DNA of 64,000 nt, from the NCBI GenBank assembly GCA_002698665.1, contig NZZP01000036.1, forward strand, positions 5,125-69,124. The letters are read 5' to 3'. The position numbers were made by a program, and so were the translations under genes. Shown piece by piece: positions 34,647 to 46,583 of the stretch. How positions within the stretch are numbered: the stretch's first letter is position 1; every line of letters starts with the position of its first letter. Below the pieces are notes generated by a model that was not told the origin of the DNA, did not search any database, and worked only from the letters and a program-made list of their open reading frames with translations. The DNA comes from Gammaproteobacteria bacterium. GTDB lineage: Bacteria; Pseudomonadota; Gammaproteobacteria; GCA-002705445; GCA-002716945.

Positions 34647-35505
34647 TAGAAACATTCTAACAGTAATATTAGTTACAATAATACTTATCTCATCTGCAAC
34701 ATTTATAGTAGATGAAAGAGAGGTTGCGATTAAATTTAGATTGGGTGAAATTGTCAGAGCATATCAAGATCCAGGATTATATTTTATGATACCGTTTATT
34801 AATAATATAAAAAAATATGACTCGAGATTACTCACTATGGACTCTAAACCAGAACAATTTTTAACTAGTGAGAAAAAAAATGTGATTGTTGATTCATTCG
34901 TAAAATGGAAAATAACTGGTCCAGAAAACTTTTATAGATCGTCTAAGGGTGATGAGAGAATTGGTATTAATCGTTTATCTCAAATTATTAATGATTTAAC
35001 TAAGAGTGAATTTAGTAAACGAACTATTAATGAAGTTGTTTCAGGAGATAGATTGGCATTGATGAATACTGTCAAGATTGAAGCAAATAAAGCTGCATCT
35101 GCATTAGGAATAACTGTTATTGATGTAAGAGTTAAAAAAGTAGATTTACCTGATGAGGTAAGTAATTCTGTATATGCAAGGATGGTTAAAGAGAGGGCAA
35201 CTGTTGCCAAAGCATTTAGATCTAAAGGCAAGGAGGAAGCTCAAGGTATTTCAGCTTCAGCTGAGAGAGAATCTGCGACTATTATTGCGGAAGCTTATAA
35301 AGAATCACAAGCTATCAAAGGTGAAGGAGATGCAATTTCCACAGAAACTTATGCTCGCGCATATAACCTCAGTCCAGAATTTTATTCTTTTTATAGAAGC
35401 TTATCTGCCTATAAAGAGACATTCAGTGCAAAACAGGATGTGCTAGTTATACAACCAGACTCTGATTTCTTTAAATATTTCAATAATCCTCTTGGTAAAA
35501 AATAA
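34639..35505 (+). CDS. hflC: FtsH protease modulator HflC
   Basis: Second SPFH-domain protein, overlapping hflK by 8 nt. Confidence 0.85.
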   Translation: MNNRNILTVILVTIILISSATFIVDEREVAIKFRLGEIVRAYQDPGLYFMIPFINNIKKYDSRLLTMDSKPEQFLTSEKKNVIVDSFVKWKITGPENFYRSSKGDERIGINRLSQIINDLTKSEFSKRTINEVVSGDRLALMNTVKIEANKAASALGITVIDVRVKKVDLPDEVSNSVYARMVKERATVAKAFRSKGKEEAQGISASAERESATIIAEAYKESQAIKGEGDAISTETYARAYNLSPEFYSFYRSLSAYKETFSAKQDVLVIQPDSDFFKYFNNPLGKK

Positions 35506-35695
35506 TAGATCCCTGGTTATTATTAATTTTAGCTGTCTCACTTTCTATTTTATTAGAAGGTATGCTCTTGTTTTTGTCACCTAATTTATTTAGAGATTTA
35601 TTAAAATATTTTAATGATCTAAGTAATAATTCTTTGAGAATAATTGGTCTTGTCTGTATGATATTGGGGTTAACTTTGTTTTTAATAGTAATATA

Positions 35696-35696
<1 letters not shown>
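35505..35696 (+). CDS. DUF2065 (YjeT-like) small membrane protein; start codon uncertain
   Basis: The frame open from 35499 reads DPWLLLILAVSLSILLEGMLLFLSPNLFRDLLKYF...GLVCMILGLTLFLIV, matching E. coli YjeT (WLALALVLVLEGLGPMLYP...). This is the conserved position after hflC. No ATG/GTG/TTG precedes the conserved N-terminus; the first ATG (35562) would remove it. Confidence 0.45.
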
Positions 35697-37955
<2,259 letters not shown>

Positions 37956-38708
37956 ATGTCAAAACCGGAAACTAATAATATTATTTATGGTATACATACA
38001 TGTACCGCACAACTTAATCATGATAAAACTAACATTACTAAAGTTTATGTAAAGAAATCACATAAATCTAAGCAAGTTCATAACATCATTCAGAATTTGA
38101 ATGATTTATCGATTGAAGTTATTGAAACAACTAAAGACTATCTTACAATGATATGTTTATCTTCAAAACATCAGGGAATTGTTTTTGAAATAAGAAATAT
38201 TACAGAAACATATGATTTAGATCACTATCTTCAAACAATTAGTAAACCTTTTATAGCTATATTTGATAATATTCAAGATCCAAGAAATTTAGGTTCTCTA
38301 ATCCGTACTTCTAATGGAGCTGGTGTCAACTTAGTTATTAAAAAAAAATCAGGTTCTTGTGATATATCACCACTGGTGCATAAAACAGCATCCGGTGGAT
38401 TACAAGGTATTGGTTTAATTGAAACTAATAATCTTACTGAAATAATTAAAAAGATTAAAAATCATAACATTATGGTTGTTGGTACATCAGACTCCGCATC
38501 TTTGTCAATTTATGATATGAAACCTATAGTATCAGGAGTAGCTATTATATTTGGGTCAGAGGGTGCAGGCATAAGTAAATCCCTTTCCCATTTATGTGAC
38601 AGTGTATATAGCATTCCAATACATGGTTCTATAGAATGCTTAAATGTAGCTGTTGCAGCAGGAATTGTACTTTATCATACTCAACAGATGCTTAAAAATT
38701 CTAAATGA
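37956..38708 (+). CDS. rlmB: 23S rRNA (guanosine-2'-O)-methyltransferase RlmB-like (SpoU/TrmH family)
   Basis: N-terminal substrate-binding domain plus SpoU motifs (IFDNIQDPRNLGSLIRTSNGAG, IIFGSEGAGIS). Conserved position upstream of rpsF. Confidence 0.75.
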   Translation: MSKPETNNIIYGIHTCTAQLNHDKTNITKVYVKKSHKSKQVHNIIQNLNDLSIEVIETTKDYLTMICLSSKHQGIVFEIRNITETYDLDHYLQTISKPFIAIFDNIQDPRNLGSLIRTSNGAGVNLVIKKKSGSCDISPLVHKTASGGLQGIGLIETNNLTEIIKKIKNHNIMVVGTSDSASLSIYDMKPIVSGVAIIFGSEGAGISKSLSHLCDSVYSIPIHGSIECLNVAVAAGIVLYHTQQMLKNSK

Positions 38709-38759
38709 TGATTGAAATATTGTTGATACTCAAGTAGTATTCGCATATTGGATAAAACA

Positions 38760-39089
38760 ATGAAAAATTACGAATTATTGCTAATGTTTAATATAAATCA
38801 AGATGAATCTACATCTAAAACTGTAGATAAATATAAAGATATTATTACTTCAAAAAATGGCATTATTGATAGATATGAAGACTGGGGAATAATAAAATTG
38901 GCTTACAGTATTGAAAAGAACAATAAAGCAAGATATATTCTCCTTAATTTTCAATCAGATAAAGAAGTTTTGTCGGAATTATCTGGTTTAATAAAATTCA
39001 ATGACAGCATAATGAGGCATATGTTTATATCTAAAAATAAAAGGATAACAGAGCCATCGATTATGATGCAACAAAGAGAAAGGGCATAA
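38760..39089 (+). CDS. rpsF: 30S ribosomal protein S6
   Basis: [10 protein letters not shown] ... [11 protein letters not shown] aligns with E. coli S6 (MRHYEIVFMV ... LEDWGRRQLAY). The track ORF is extended 4 codons upstream. Confidence 0.85.
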   Translation: MKNYELLLMFNINQDESTSKTVDKYKDIITSKNGIIDRYEDWGIIKLAYSIEKNNKARYILLNFQSDKEVLSELSGLIKFNDSIMRHMFISKNKRITEPSIMMQQRERA

Positions 39090-39091
39090 TT

Positions 39092-39307
39092 ATGGCAGAA
39101 GATTCAAACCCAAAAAAAACTAATATTTTAGACGAGATAGATTATAAAAATCTTGGTTTTCTCAAGAAATTTCTTACAGAATCGGGTAAAATCTCTCCAA
39201 GAAGGGTTGCAGGCACAACAGCTAAACAACAGAGAAAGGTTAATAAGGCAATTAAGATTGCAAGACATCTTGCACTACTCCCATTTTGTGATAACCATAA
39301 ACAATAA
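39092..39307 (+). CDS. rpsR: 30S ribosomal protein S18
   Basis: Conserved [32 protein letters not shown]. Confidence 0.85.
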   Translation: MAEDSNPKKTNILDEIDYKNLGFLKKFLTESGKISPRRVAGTTAKQQRKVNKAIKIARHLALLPFCDNHKQ

Positions 39308-39813
39308 TGGATGTACTACTTCTTAAAAATATAAAAAACTTAGGTGACATTGGTAGCAAAGTATCAGTAAAATCAGGTTATGCTAGAAATTACCTTTTAC
39401 CTAATAATCTGGCAGTACTCTCTTCAAAAGAAAATCTAGCTATAGTAGAAGAGAAGAAGCAGTTATTACTAAAGCAAGAAGAAGAACTCAGAAATCAAGC
39501 TATAAACATTAAAGAAAAATTTAACGATTACATCCTTACCTTTGATGTACATGTACAGGAAGATGATGATAAGCTATTTGGCTCTATCAACTTACAAAAT
39601 ATAGTTGAAAAACTTAATAATGATGGCTATGAATTGGAAAAAAAGCAAGTTAATCTTCCTTCTGGACCTATAAAAATATTTGCAGATGATTATATAGCTA
39701 CCGTAAGTCTATATGCTGACGTTTCTGTAACTATTCCAATTAAATTAACTAAAATTGCCAAGCCATCGCCTGAAAATACTTCAGAAAACCCATCATCAGA
39801 ATCTCCTGAATAA
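39307..39813 (+). CDS. rplI: 50S ribosomal protein L9
   Basis: N-terminal [32 protein letters not shown] is canonical L9. Confidence 0.85.
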   Translation: MDVLLLKNIKNLGDIGSKVSVKSGYARNYLLPNNLAVLSSKENLAIVEEKKQLLLKQEEELRNQAINIKEKFNDYILTFDVHVQEDDDKLFGSINLQNIVEKLNNDGYELEKKQVNLPSGPIKIFADDYIATVSLYADVSVTIPIKLTKIAKPSPENTSENPSSESPE

Positions 39814-39860
39814 ATCTGATCTATTCTATAAAAAATAGTTTTTTTCAGTTAGAATGAACT

Positions 39861-41219
39861 ATGGATTCGAGAATACCTTCTACACCAAAATCACTTGAAG
39901 CAGAGCAAGCTTTCTTAGGCTCTTTGATTATGGACTCGTCTTCTTGGGACCAAGTATCGCATATGGTAGAATCTAAAGACTTTATCGATACTAAAAACAG
40001 AGAAATATTTAATCAAATTTATAATTTAGTTTCATCTGGCCAAGTTATAGACGTAATAGTACTTGGTGATGCTCTTAAAACCAGTGGTTTGTTAGATAAA
40101 GTTGGCGGACTAATATATCTTGGAGAATTAGCGAAAAAAGTTCCAACATCAGCACATATCAAAGCATATGCTGACATCATAAAAGAAAATTCTATAAAAC
40201 GTGAATTAATCAATATAAGTACTCGTACAATACAAAATGTACATCAAAGCGATCAGGGTAATATCAAGGATATCTTGGATAAAGCGGAATCCGAAATATT
40301 TGGAATTACGGCTGACTCCACCATAGATAATGGATTAGCCAAGATAGGCCCAGTAGTAAATAAATATATAGAAAATGTCTATAATAAAAAAAATAATGAT
40401 GAGATTGATTATTTATTAACTGGATATAAAGAATTTGATAAACTTGTTTCAGGGCTTCAAAAATCAGATTTAATTATAATTGCAGGTAGACCGTCAATGG
40501 GTAAAACTGCTTTTGCAATGAATATAGCGCAAGATATAGTTTTTAAACAAAAGAAGAAAGTGGGTTTTTTTAGTTTAGAAATGTCAGCTCAATCAATTGC
40601 ATTAAGAATGCTTTCATCATTAAGCTTTGTCTCTCAACAAAAAATTAGAACAGGTGATTACGAGGCGAGCAACAAAGATACAAAAGCTGTCACCTCAGCA
40701 ATAGAACAGATGCAAGATTGCGATTTTTATATTGATGATACAGCTGCTATATCACCAATGGAACTAAGATCTAAAGCTAGACGTATGAAAAGGGACTCTG
40801 GAATAGATATGATTATAGTTGATTACTTACAACTAATGTCTATACCTAGATACTCAGAGAATAGGGTGAATGAGATTGCTGAAGTTACTCGTGCCCTTAA
40901 AGCTATAGCTAAAGAACTAGATATCCCTGTAGTAGCTTTATCTCAGTTAAATAGAGGAGTTGAGACAAGAAATGACAAAAGACCTTTTCTATCCGACCTA
41001 AGAGAGTCAGGATCAATTGAACAAGACGCAGATTTAATTATCTTTTTGTATAGAGATGAAGTATATGACTCAAATACAGCGCAGAAAAATGTTGCAGAAA
41101 TAAGAGTAGAGAAACATAGAAATGGACCTACAGGAGTGATTAAACTTACATGGGTCCCTCACTGCACTAGGTTCGAAGATTATTTTCCGCAAGTTTATGA
41201 TGGGGTCGGCGAGTATTAA
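39861..41219 (+). CDS. dnaB: Replicative DNA helicase DnaB
   Basis: N-terminal PxSLEAEQAFLGSLI, Walker A GRPSMGKTAF, and RecA-fold motifs. Confidence 0.9.
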   Translation: MDSRIPSTPKSLEAEQAFLGSLIMDSSSWDQVSHMVESKDFIDTKNREIFNQIYNLVSSGQVIDVIVLGDALKTSGLLDKVGGLIYLGELAKKVPTSAHIKAYADIIKENSIKRELINISTRTIQNVHQSDQGNIKDILDKAESEIFGITADSTIDNGLAKIGPVVNKYIENVYNKKNNDEIDYLLTGYKEFDKLVSGLQKSDLIIIAGRPSMGKTAFAMNIAQDIVFKQKKKVGFFSLEMSAQSIALRMLSSLSFVSQQKIRTGDYEASNKDTKAVTSAIEQMQDCDFYIDDTAAISPMELRSKARRMKRDSGIDMIIVDYLQLMSIPRYSENRVNEIAEVTRALKAIAKELDIPVVALSQLNRGVETRNDKRPFLSDLRESGSIEQDADLIIFLYRDEVYDSNTAQKNVAEIRVEKHRNGPTGVIKLTWVPHCTRFEDYFPQVYDGVGEY

Positions 41220-41220
41220 T

Positions 41221-41544
41221 TTACTCTTCTAATAATTTTATCTTGCCTTCTTTTCCTTCCCACTCCTTTGCATCGGCTGGCGGGTCTTTAATTTCAGTTA
41301 GTATTGGCCATTTCTTAGATAGTCTTTCATTAATCTCAAGAAACTCTCTAGTGTCATCTGTTATGTCCTCATCAGAGATGATTGCATTGATCGGACATTC
41401 AGGCTCGCACAGACTGCAATCAATACATTCATCAGGATTAATTACTAAAAAATTAGGGCCTTCATGGAAACAATCTACTGGGCAAACTTCTACGCAATCA
41501 GTATATTTACACTTTATACAGTTTTCTGTGATAACATATGTCAT
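41221..41544 (-). CDS. fdxA: 7Fe ferredoxin (Azotobacter FdxA type, [3Fe-4S][4Fe-4S])
   Basis: [26 protein letters not shown] ... [12 protein letters not shown] cysteine pattern. Confidence 0.85.
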   Translation of the reverse strand: MTYVITENCIKCKYTDCVEVCPVDCFHEGPNFLVINPDECIDCSLCEPECPINAIISDEDITDDTREFLEINERLSKKWPILTEIKDPPADAKEWEGKEGKIKLLEE

Positions 41545-41577
41545 TAGATATATTATTTTGCACTAAATAGTTAGATA

Positions 41578-42453
41578 TTGCACATGAAAAAAATAAAAAA
41601 AGCCGTTTTTCCAGTTGCCGGTTTGGGAACAAGGTTCTTGCCCGCCACTAAAGCAAGCCCCAAAGAAATGCTTCCAGTAGTTGATAAACCACTTATTCAG
41701 TATGCTGCTGAGGAAGCAGTTGATGCCGGTATTAAGCAGTTAATATTTGTTATTGGCAGGACTAAGAATGCTATCATAGATCACTTTGATTCTAGCCCAG
41801 AACTTGAGAGAGAATTAATTGATAAAAAAAAGAATAATCTATTGAATTCCGTCAAGAGTATCGTACCAAATAATGTGGATTGTGTATTTGTCAGACAAAA
41901 TATTCCAGCTGGACTTGGTCACGCAGTGCATTGCGCTAGACACATTGTTAATGATGAACCATTTGCAGTTATTTTGGCTGACGATTTAATAAAATCAAAA
42001 AAATCATGTCTTAAACAAATGACAGATATATATTCTAGAGAGCAAAGTCCTTTGATAGCTATTCAAAAAATTAATAAAAAAGATAGTGATAAATATGGGA
42101 TTATTGAATACGGTGATAAACATAATAATTTATATGATATAAAATCAATTATTGAGAAACCTAAACCAGCTAAGGCTAAGTCTAATCTTGGTGTTGTTGG
42201 AAGATATGTGCTGCCTCCTTCTATTTTTAACAATATTGCATCATCTAAGCCTGGTGTAGGCAAAGAAATACAGCTAACTGACGCAATAGAGAAGTTAATT
42301 TTAGAGCAGCGTGTCTTAGGCTATGAATTTGAAGGTACCAGATTTGACTGTGGAAGCAAAATTGGCTATTTGCAAGCTACAACAGAATATGCGCTTGAAC
42401 ATAGTGAAGTGAGAAAAGAATACAAAAGTTATTTAAAAAAATTGAAAATATAA
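41578..42453 (+). CDS. galU: UTP-glucose-1-phosphate uridylyltransferase
   Basis: KAVFPVAGLGTRFLPATKASPKEMLPVVDKPLIQY is canonical GalU. Confidence 0.85.
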   Translation: MHMKKIKKAVFPVAGLGTRFLPATKASPKEMLPVVDKPLIQYAAEEAVDAGIKQLIFVIGRTKNAIIDHFDSSPELERELIDKKKNNLLNSVKSIVPNNVDCVFVRQNIPAGLGHAVHCARHIVNDEPFAVILADDLIKSKKSCLKQMTDIYSREQSPLIAIQKINKKDSDKYGIIEYGDKHNNLYDIKSIIEKPKPAKAKSNLGVVGRYVLPPSIFNNIASSKPGVGKEIQLTDAIEKLILEQRVLGYEFEGTRFDCGSKIGYLQATTEYALEHSEVRKEYKSYLKKLKI

Positions 42454-42502
42454 AATTAATGTTGATGGTAATTAAAAATTGAATTATCATGCGATAACTT
42501 AT

Positions 42503-42575
42503 TCCTCGGTAGCTCAGTTGGTAGAGCGAGTGACTGTTAATCACCAGGTCGGCGGTTCGAGTCCGTCCCGAGGAG
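42503..42575 (+). tRNA. tRNA-Asn (anticodon GUU)
   Basis: Cloverleaf: TCCTCGG-TA-GCTC-AGTTGGTA-GAGC-G-AGTGA-CTGTTAA-TCACC-AGGTC-GGCGG-TTCGAGT-CCGTC-CCGAGGA-G. Close to E. coli asnT. The anticodon stem has an A27-C43 mismatch. Confidence 0.85.
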
Positions 42576-42652
42576 TATCTAATAATTATTACTCTTCACT
42601 ATTTACCAAGATATATGTTATCTTATATATTACATATAATATTTAGCTCGTC

Positions 42653-43405
42653 ATGAAAAAAATAATTTTAAAACTGTTGCATGCCATTAGATATATATTG
42701 GGGAGAATTATTATACACTTGATACCAAGAAACTTACCATCGCTAAGAGAACAAGAAAATATTACTTGTTATAAATTATATGAAAAAGATGAAATTGAAA
42801 AATGTTATCATTATTTTAAAAAATACTTCAATACTGCTATGCATTTAGAAGGAGACAATTTACTGGTCTATGGCATCAAACATGCAATTGAGATTAATGC
42901 ATCTAAAAACAATTTATTTTTAGAATTTGGTGTTTGGAACGGAAGAACTATTAATTTATTTTCTAAATATATTAATAAAAATCGGATTTATGGATTTGAT
43001 ACATTTTCTGGGACTCCTGAAGATTGGAAAGGGACAGATAAACCCAAAGGATACTACTCAGCAAATAATAAAATACCTAAACTTAATGAAAACTGTATTC
43101 CAATCAAAGGACTTGTTAAAGATACTTTGCCATCATTTTTATCTAATAATAGCGGCAAGAGGATAAGATTTGTACATATGGATTTAACTATATATGAGCC
43201 TACATTATTTGTGCTTAATTCCATAAAACCATATCTAGCAAATGATGCAATAATTATTTTTAGAGGTTTTTATAATTATCCTAGTTGGCAAGAAGGTGAA
43301 TTCAAGGCTTTAACAGAGTCTTTTGATGAAAAAGATTATAAGTATATTGCCTTCTCAAAAGATGGTAGTCCAGTAATAATAAAATATATCAGACCTAACT
43401 CTTAA
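42653..43405 (+). CDS. TylF/MycF-family (macrocin-O-methyltransferase-like) SAM-dependent sugar O-methyltransferase, copy 1
   Basis: Motifs LEFGVWNGRT (SAM site), GFDTFSGTPEDW and HMDLTIYEPT (metal site D-x-D-x-Y) fit the TylF family. The gene is paralogous to 44656-45318. Confidence 0.6.
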   Translation: MKKIILKLLHAIRYILGRIIIHLIPRNLPSLREQENITCYKLYEKDEIEKCYHYFKKYFNTAMHLEGDNLLVYGIKHAIEINASKNNLFLEFGVWNGRTINLFSKYINKNRIYGFDTFSGTPEDWKGTDKPKGYYSANNKIPKLNENCIPIKGLVKDTLPSFLSNNSGKRIRFVHMDLTIYEPTLFVLNSIKPYLANDAIIIFRGFYNYPSWQEGEFKALTESFDEKDYKYIAFSKDGSPVIIKYIRPNS

Positions 43406-44598
43406 TGAAGATTTGTTTTTTTACAGAAAATACTCATAAAGGTGGTATGGATAAATTTATTTATACATTAGCTAATAATTGGCCCAACAAAGAAGATGAA
43501 ATAACGATACTTTGCAATAGCTCTCATCCAGGTTATGAAGATATAAGGAATCATTTAAATTCTAAATATATTATTAAACCATCTAATATAAAGCTTTCAT
43601 GGGAATTAAAAAATAATATCGCTAATTATTTACCTAGAAGTATCATTCCTGTAATATCTTTTATTCTGAAATATGTCCTATTTCCATATCAAATCTTTAA
43701 GTTATATGTCTATTTTAAAAACTCAAGCTTCAAAAAACTATTTACAATCAATGGTGGCTATCCTGGTGGATATTCATGTAGAGCAGCACCTATTGCATGG
43801 TATTTAGCAAAAAAGAATAAATCTAAAATGGCTTGTTTGAGTGCCGTTAAAGAAACATTTTGGTATGCAGCGCCTTTTGAATACCTCTTAGATAAAGCAT
43901 TGTATTTTTCTTTGAATGAACTGATTTTTCCATCTCAGTATGTCAAGGATACACAATTACTAAGGGCATCACTAAAAAATATATCTTCTACTGTTATTTA
44001 TAATGGTATTGATAAATTTCCTATAGAATTTCGCTCTAGTAAAGATAATAAAATAATTAAATTTTTAATGCTTGCAACATATGAAAAAATTAAAGGGCAT
44101 AGTCTTCTATTAGAGTCTTTTAAAAAAGTCATAGATAACTTTGACTGTACAAATTTTGAATTAACTATTGCTGGCTATGGTACTAATGAACAAAAAAGAA
44201 ATATAATTGACGAGATCAAATCAAAAAACCTAAATAAGTTTGTTAATCTATTAGATTTCCAAGAAAATGTACTAGAATTATACCAAGCCACACATGCTGT
44301 TATTATTCCATCCATTAAATATGAAGGATTGCCACTTACAGCTATAGAAGCAATGTCACTTCAAATACCGATTATCTCAAGTGATACAGGAGGTCTAAAA
44401 GAAATATTTAGCTTAAACAGGGATATAGGGCTTATTTCTAGTACCTCATCTTCTTCCATGTCAAAGAATATTTATATGTTCATTCAAAATCCTAATAAAC
44501 ATAAAATATATGGTCAGCATGGAATAGATACTTTTACAAAATATTTTACTAGTGAAGTTTGTGCAGCTAAGTATTATAGCAGTCTAATTAACCACTAA
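43405..44598 (+). CDS. GT4 family glycosyltransferase (Glycos_transf_1)
   Basis: C-terminal EGLPLTAIEAMSLQIPIISSDTGGLKEIF is the GT4 EX7E-type nucleotide-sugar-binding region. The GT-B N-terminal domain is present. Confidence 0.75.
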   Translation: MKICFFTENTHKGGMDKFIYTLANNWPNKEDEITILCNSSHPGYEDIRNHLNSKYIIKPSNIKLSWELKNNIANYLPRSIIPVISFILKYVLFPYQIFKLYVYFKNSSFKKLFTINGGYPGGYSCRAAPIAWYLAKKNKSKMACLSAVKETFWYAAPFEYLLDKALYFSLNELIFPSQYVKDTQLLRASLKNISSTVIYNGIDKFPIEFRSSKDNKIIKFLMLATYEKIKGHSLLLESFKKVIDNFDCTNFELTIAGYGTNEQKRNIIDEIKSKNLNKFVNLLDFQENVLELYQATHAVIIPSIKYEGLPLTAIEAMSLQIPIISSDTGGLKEIFSLNRDIGLISSTSSSSMSKNIYMFIQNPNKHKIYGQHGIDTFTKYFTSEVCAAKYYSSLINH

Positions 44599-44655
44599 TT
44601 TCTGATATAATCTATATTATATTTAATGATTGTGTTTTAATTACAGATATAATTT

Positions 44656-45318
44656 ATGTTTAGAAATCTAATTAAATTTATACTCTCACGAATCAGTTAT
44701 GATTATTATGTCAGAGGCATGACTTTAAATTTACAGCATGCTGTTTTTAATAAAGTACGATTATCAAAAAAATATAATAAAAGAGAATTACTTTGGAAAT
44801 CTCTCCTAGAAGAATTAGATGATAGAGAGATATTATATTTAGAATTTGGTGTCTGGAAAGGATACTCCATAGAATACTTTGCAAGAAATATACAATCTTC
44901 ATCATCTAAATTTATAGGCTTTGATAGTTTTGAAGGATTGCCAGAAGACTGGTATACAAATCCAAAAGGTACTTTTAACTTAGATGGTAAACCACCTAGT
45001 GTTCATGATAATAGAGTTAGTTATATCAAAGGATGGTTTTACGATACAGTACCGCCTTTTATTGATAGGCAGTTGCAGGCTCGAAACTATAATGAACTTA
45101 TAGTTCATTATGATGCTGACTTATATAGCTCTACTCTTTTTTGTCTATCACAGATCGATCGTCTGAAGAAACCATACTATGCCATATTTGATGAGTTTGT
45201 AAGAGATGAAACTAGAGCGTTATATGATTATATGCAATCTCACGGAGCTGAAATAGAGTTTTTAGGTTATACCGCTGAGAATCAAATGCTTTGTAAAATT
45301 ACCCCTCATAATTCATAG
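44656..45318 (+). CDS. TylF/MycF-family SAM-dependent sugar O-methyltransferase, copy 2 (paralog)
   Basis: YLEFGVWKGYS, GFDSFEGLPEDW and HYDADLYSSTLF repeat the motif set of the upstream copy. Confidence 0.6.
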   Translation: MFRNLIKFILSRISYDYYVRGMTLNLQHAVFNKVRLSKKYNKRELLWKSLLEELDDREILYLEFGVWKGYSIEYFARNIQSSSSKFIGFDSFEGLPEDWYTNPKGTFNLDGKPPSVHDNRVSYIKGWFYDTVPPFIDRQLQARNYNELIVHYDADLYSSTLFCLSQIDRLKKPYYAIFDEFVRDETRALYDYMQSHGAEIEFLGYTAENQMLCKITPHNS

Positions 45319-45332
45319 CATATTATATAAGT

Positions 45333-46511
45333 CTATTTCAGCGAGTTAGTAATTCTCTTCATAGCATCTTCTAGAGAATGCATATCAATAGCAATCGATA
45401 TTCTTATATGCCCTTCTAAACCAAACGCACTTCCTGGTACAACAGCTACTTTAGATTCATTAAGAAGGTGTAAAGCAAGCTCACTATCATTATTAATAGA
45501 ACTACTATTTTTAATATATTCATGGAATGAAGGAAATACATAGAATGTACCATCAGTTTCTTTGCATAATACTCCATCTATTAGATTTAGTTGATTAACT
45601 ACAAAGTCATGACGTTTTTTATATTCATCACGCATCATTGGTAATTCATTACATTCGTTTATAAGAGCTGATGTAGCAGCTGCTTGTGATATTGAACTTG
45701 CACATGAAGTACTTTGTGACTGTAATGTTTTCATTTTTTTTATAATGTCTTTATTACCCGCAGCATATCCTATTCTCCATCCTGTCATAGAGTATGCTTT
45801 TGATACACCATTTAAAACTATCGTTCTATCTTTCAATTCTGGACAGACATTAATTATATTATGAAATTTTTCTTTATACCAAAATATATGTTCATATATA
45901 TCGTCGGACGATATGAATATGCTTGGATGTTTTAGCAAAACTTTTGATATAGATCCTAATAGTTTTGAGTCAAAATATTTTCCGCTTGGGTTATTGGGAC
46001 TATTAAGCATTAACAACTTTGTTTTTTTTGTAATCAGGTCTTGTAGTTTATCGATATCAATATCGAAGTTATCTTTATACGTTGTTTCAAGAAGAATTGG
46101 AATACCACCAGAATATACAACCATATCAGCATACGAAACCCAATAAGGTTGAGGAATAATAACTTCATCTCCATTATTAATGAGAACTTGAAGTAGGTTG
46201 AAAATTGATTGTTTACAACCAGCAGAAACAATTATTTCGTCAGCATCATACGACAAGTTATTTTCACTTTGAAATTTATGTATTATTGCATTTTTTAGTT
46301 CCGTTGTACCATCTACAGCAGTATATTTTGTGTTACCCTTATCTATTGCAATCTTTGCAGATTCCTTTATATAGTTAGGCGTGTCAAAGTCTGGTTCTCC
46401 AACTGTTAGAATTACAACATCCTCCCCACTTTGGCGCATTTCTTTAGCCTTGGAGGTTAATGCCATTGTTGAAGATGGTTTAATTAATTTTATTCTATTT
46501 GAAAACGTCAA
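45333..46511 (-). CDS. Class I (AAT-like) aspartate/aromatic aminotransferase
   Basis: PLP-dependent aminotransferase class I fold (GEPDFDTP, SKAYSMTGWRIGY with the PLP Lys). Divergent from uvrB, as in Pseudomonas. Confidence 0.8.
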   Translation of the reverse strand: MTFSNRIKLIKPSSTMALTSKAKEMRQSGEDVVILTVGEPDFDTPNYIKESAKIAIDKGNTKYTAVDGTTELKNAIIHKFQSENNLSYDADEIIVSAGCKQSIFNLLQVLINNGDEVIIPQPYWVSYADMVVYSGGIPILLETTYKDNFDIDIDKLQDLITKKTKLLMLNSPNNPSGKYFDSKLLGSISKVLLKHPSIFISSDDIYEHIFWYKEKFHNIINVCPELKDRTIVLNGVSKAYSMTGWRIGYAAGNKDIIKKMKTLQSQSTSCASSISQAAATSALINECNELPMMRDEYKKRHDFVVNQLNLIDGVLCKETDGTFYVFPSFHEYIKNSSSINNDSELALHLLNESKVAVVPGSAFGLEGHIRISIAIDMHSLEDAMKRITNSLK

Positions 46512-46583
46512 TGTATTGCCTTGATAAGTAATAGTAGCTTATATAAGTCTTTTAAGTCAACTTCATGTTAGAATATTTCTAAT

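Noticed and set aside
35174-35446. 90 aa alternative-frame ORF inside hflC
   Set aside because: It overlaps the conserved hflC frame entirely, has an Arg/Leu/Lys-rich low-complexity translation, and no independent support.
42576-45332. Classical integrative genomic island at tRNA-Asn (integrase plus att direct repeat)
   Set aside because: No integrase, recombinase or phage gene is present. I could not find a repeat of the tRNA-Asn 3' end (GTTCGAGTCCGTCCCGAGGAG) at the distal boundary. The insert is better described as a small variable glycan locus.
46512-46583. Possible LexA (SOS) box upstream of uvrB
   Set aside because: I looked for the gammaproteobacterial CTGT-N8-ACAG palindrome in the aspC/uvrB divergent region and did not find one. 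uvrB may not be LexA-regulated here, or the motif differs.
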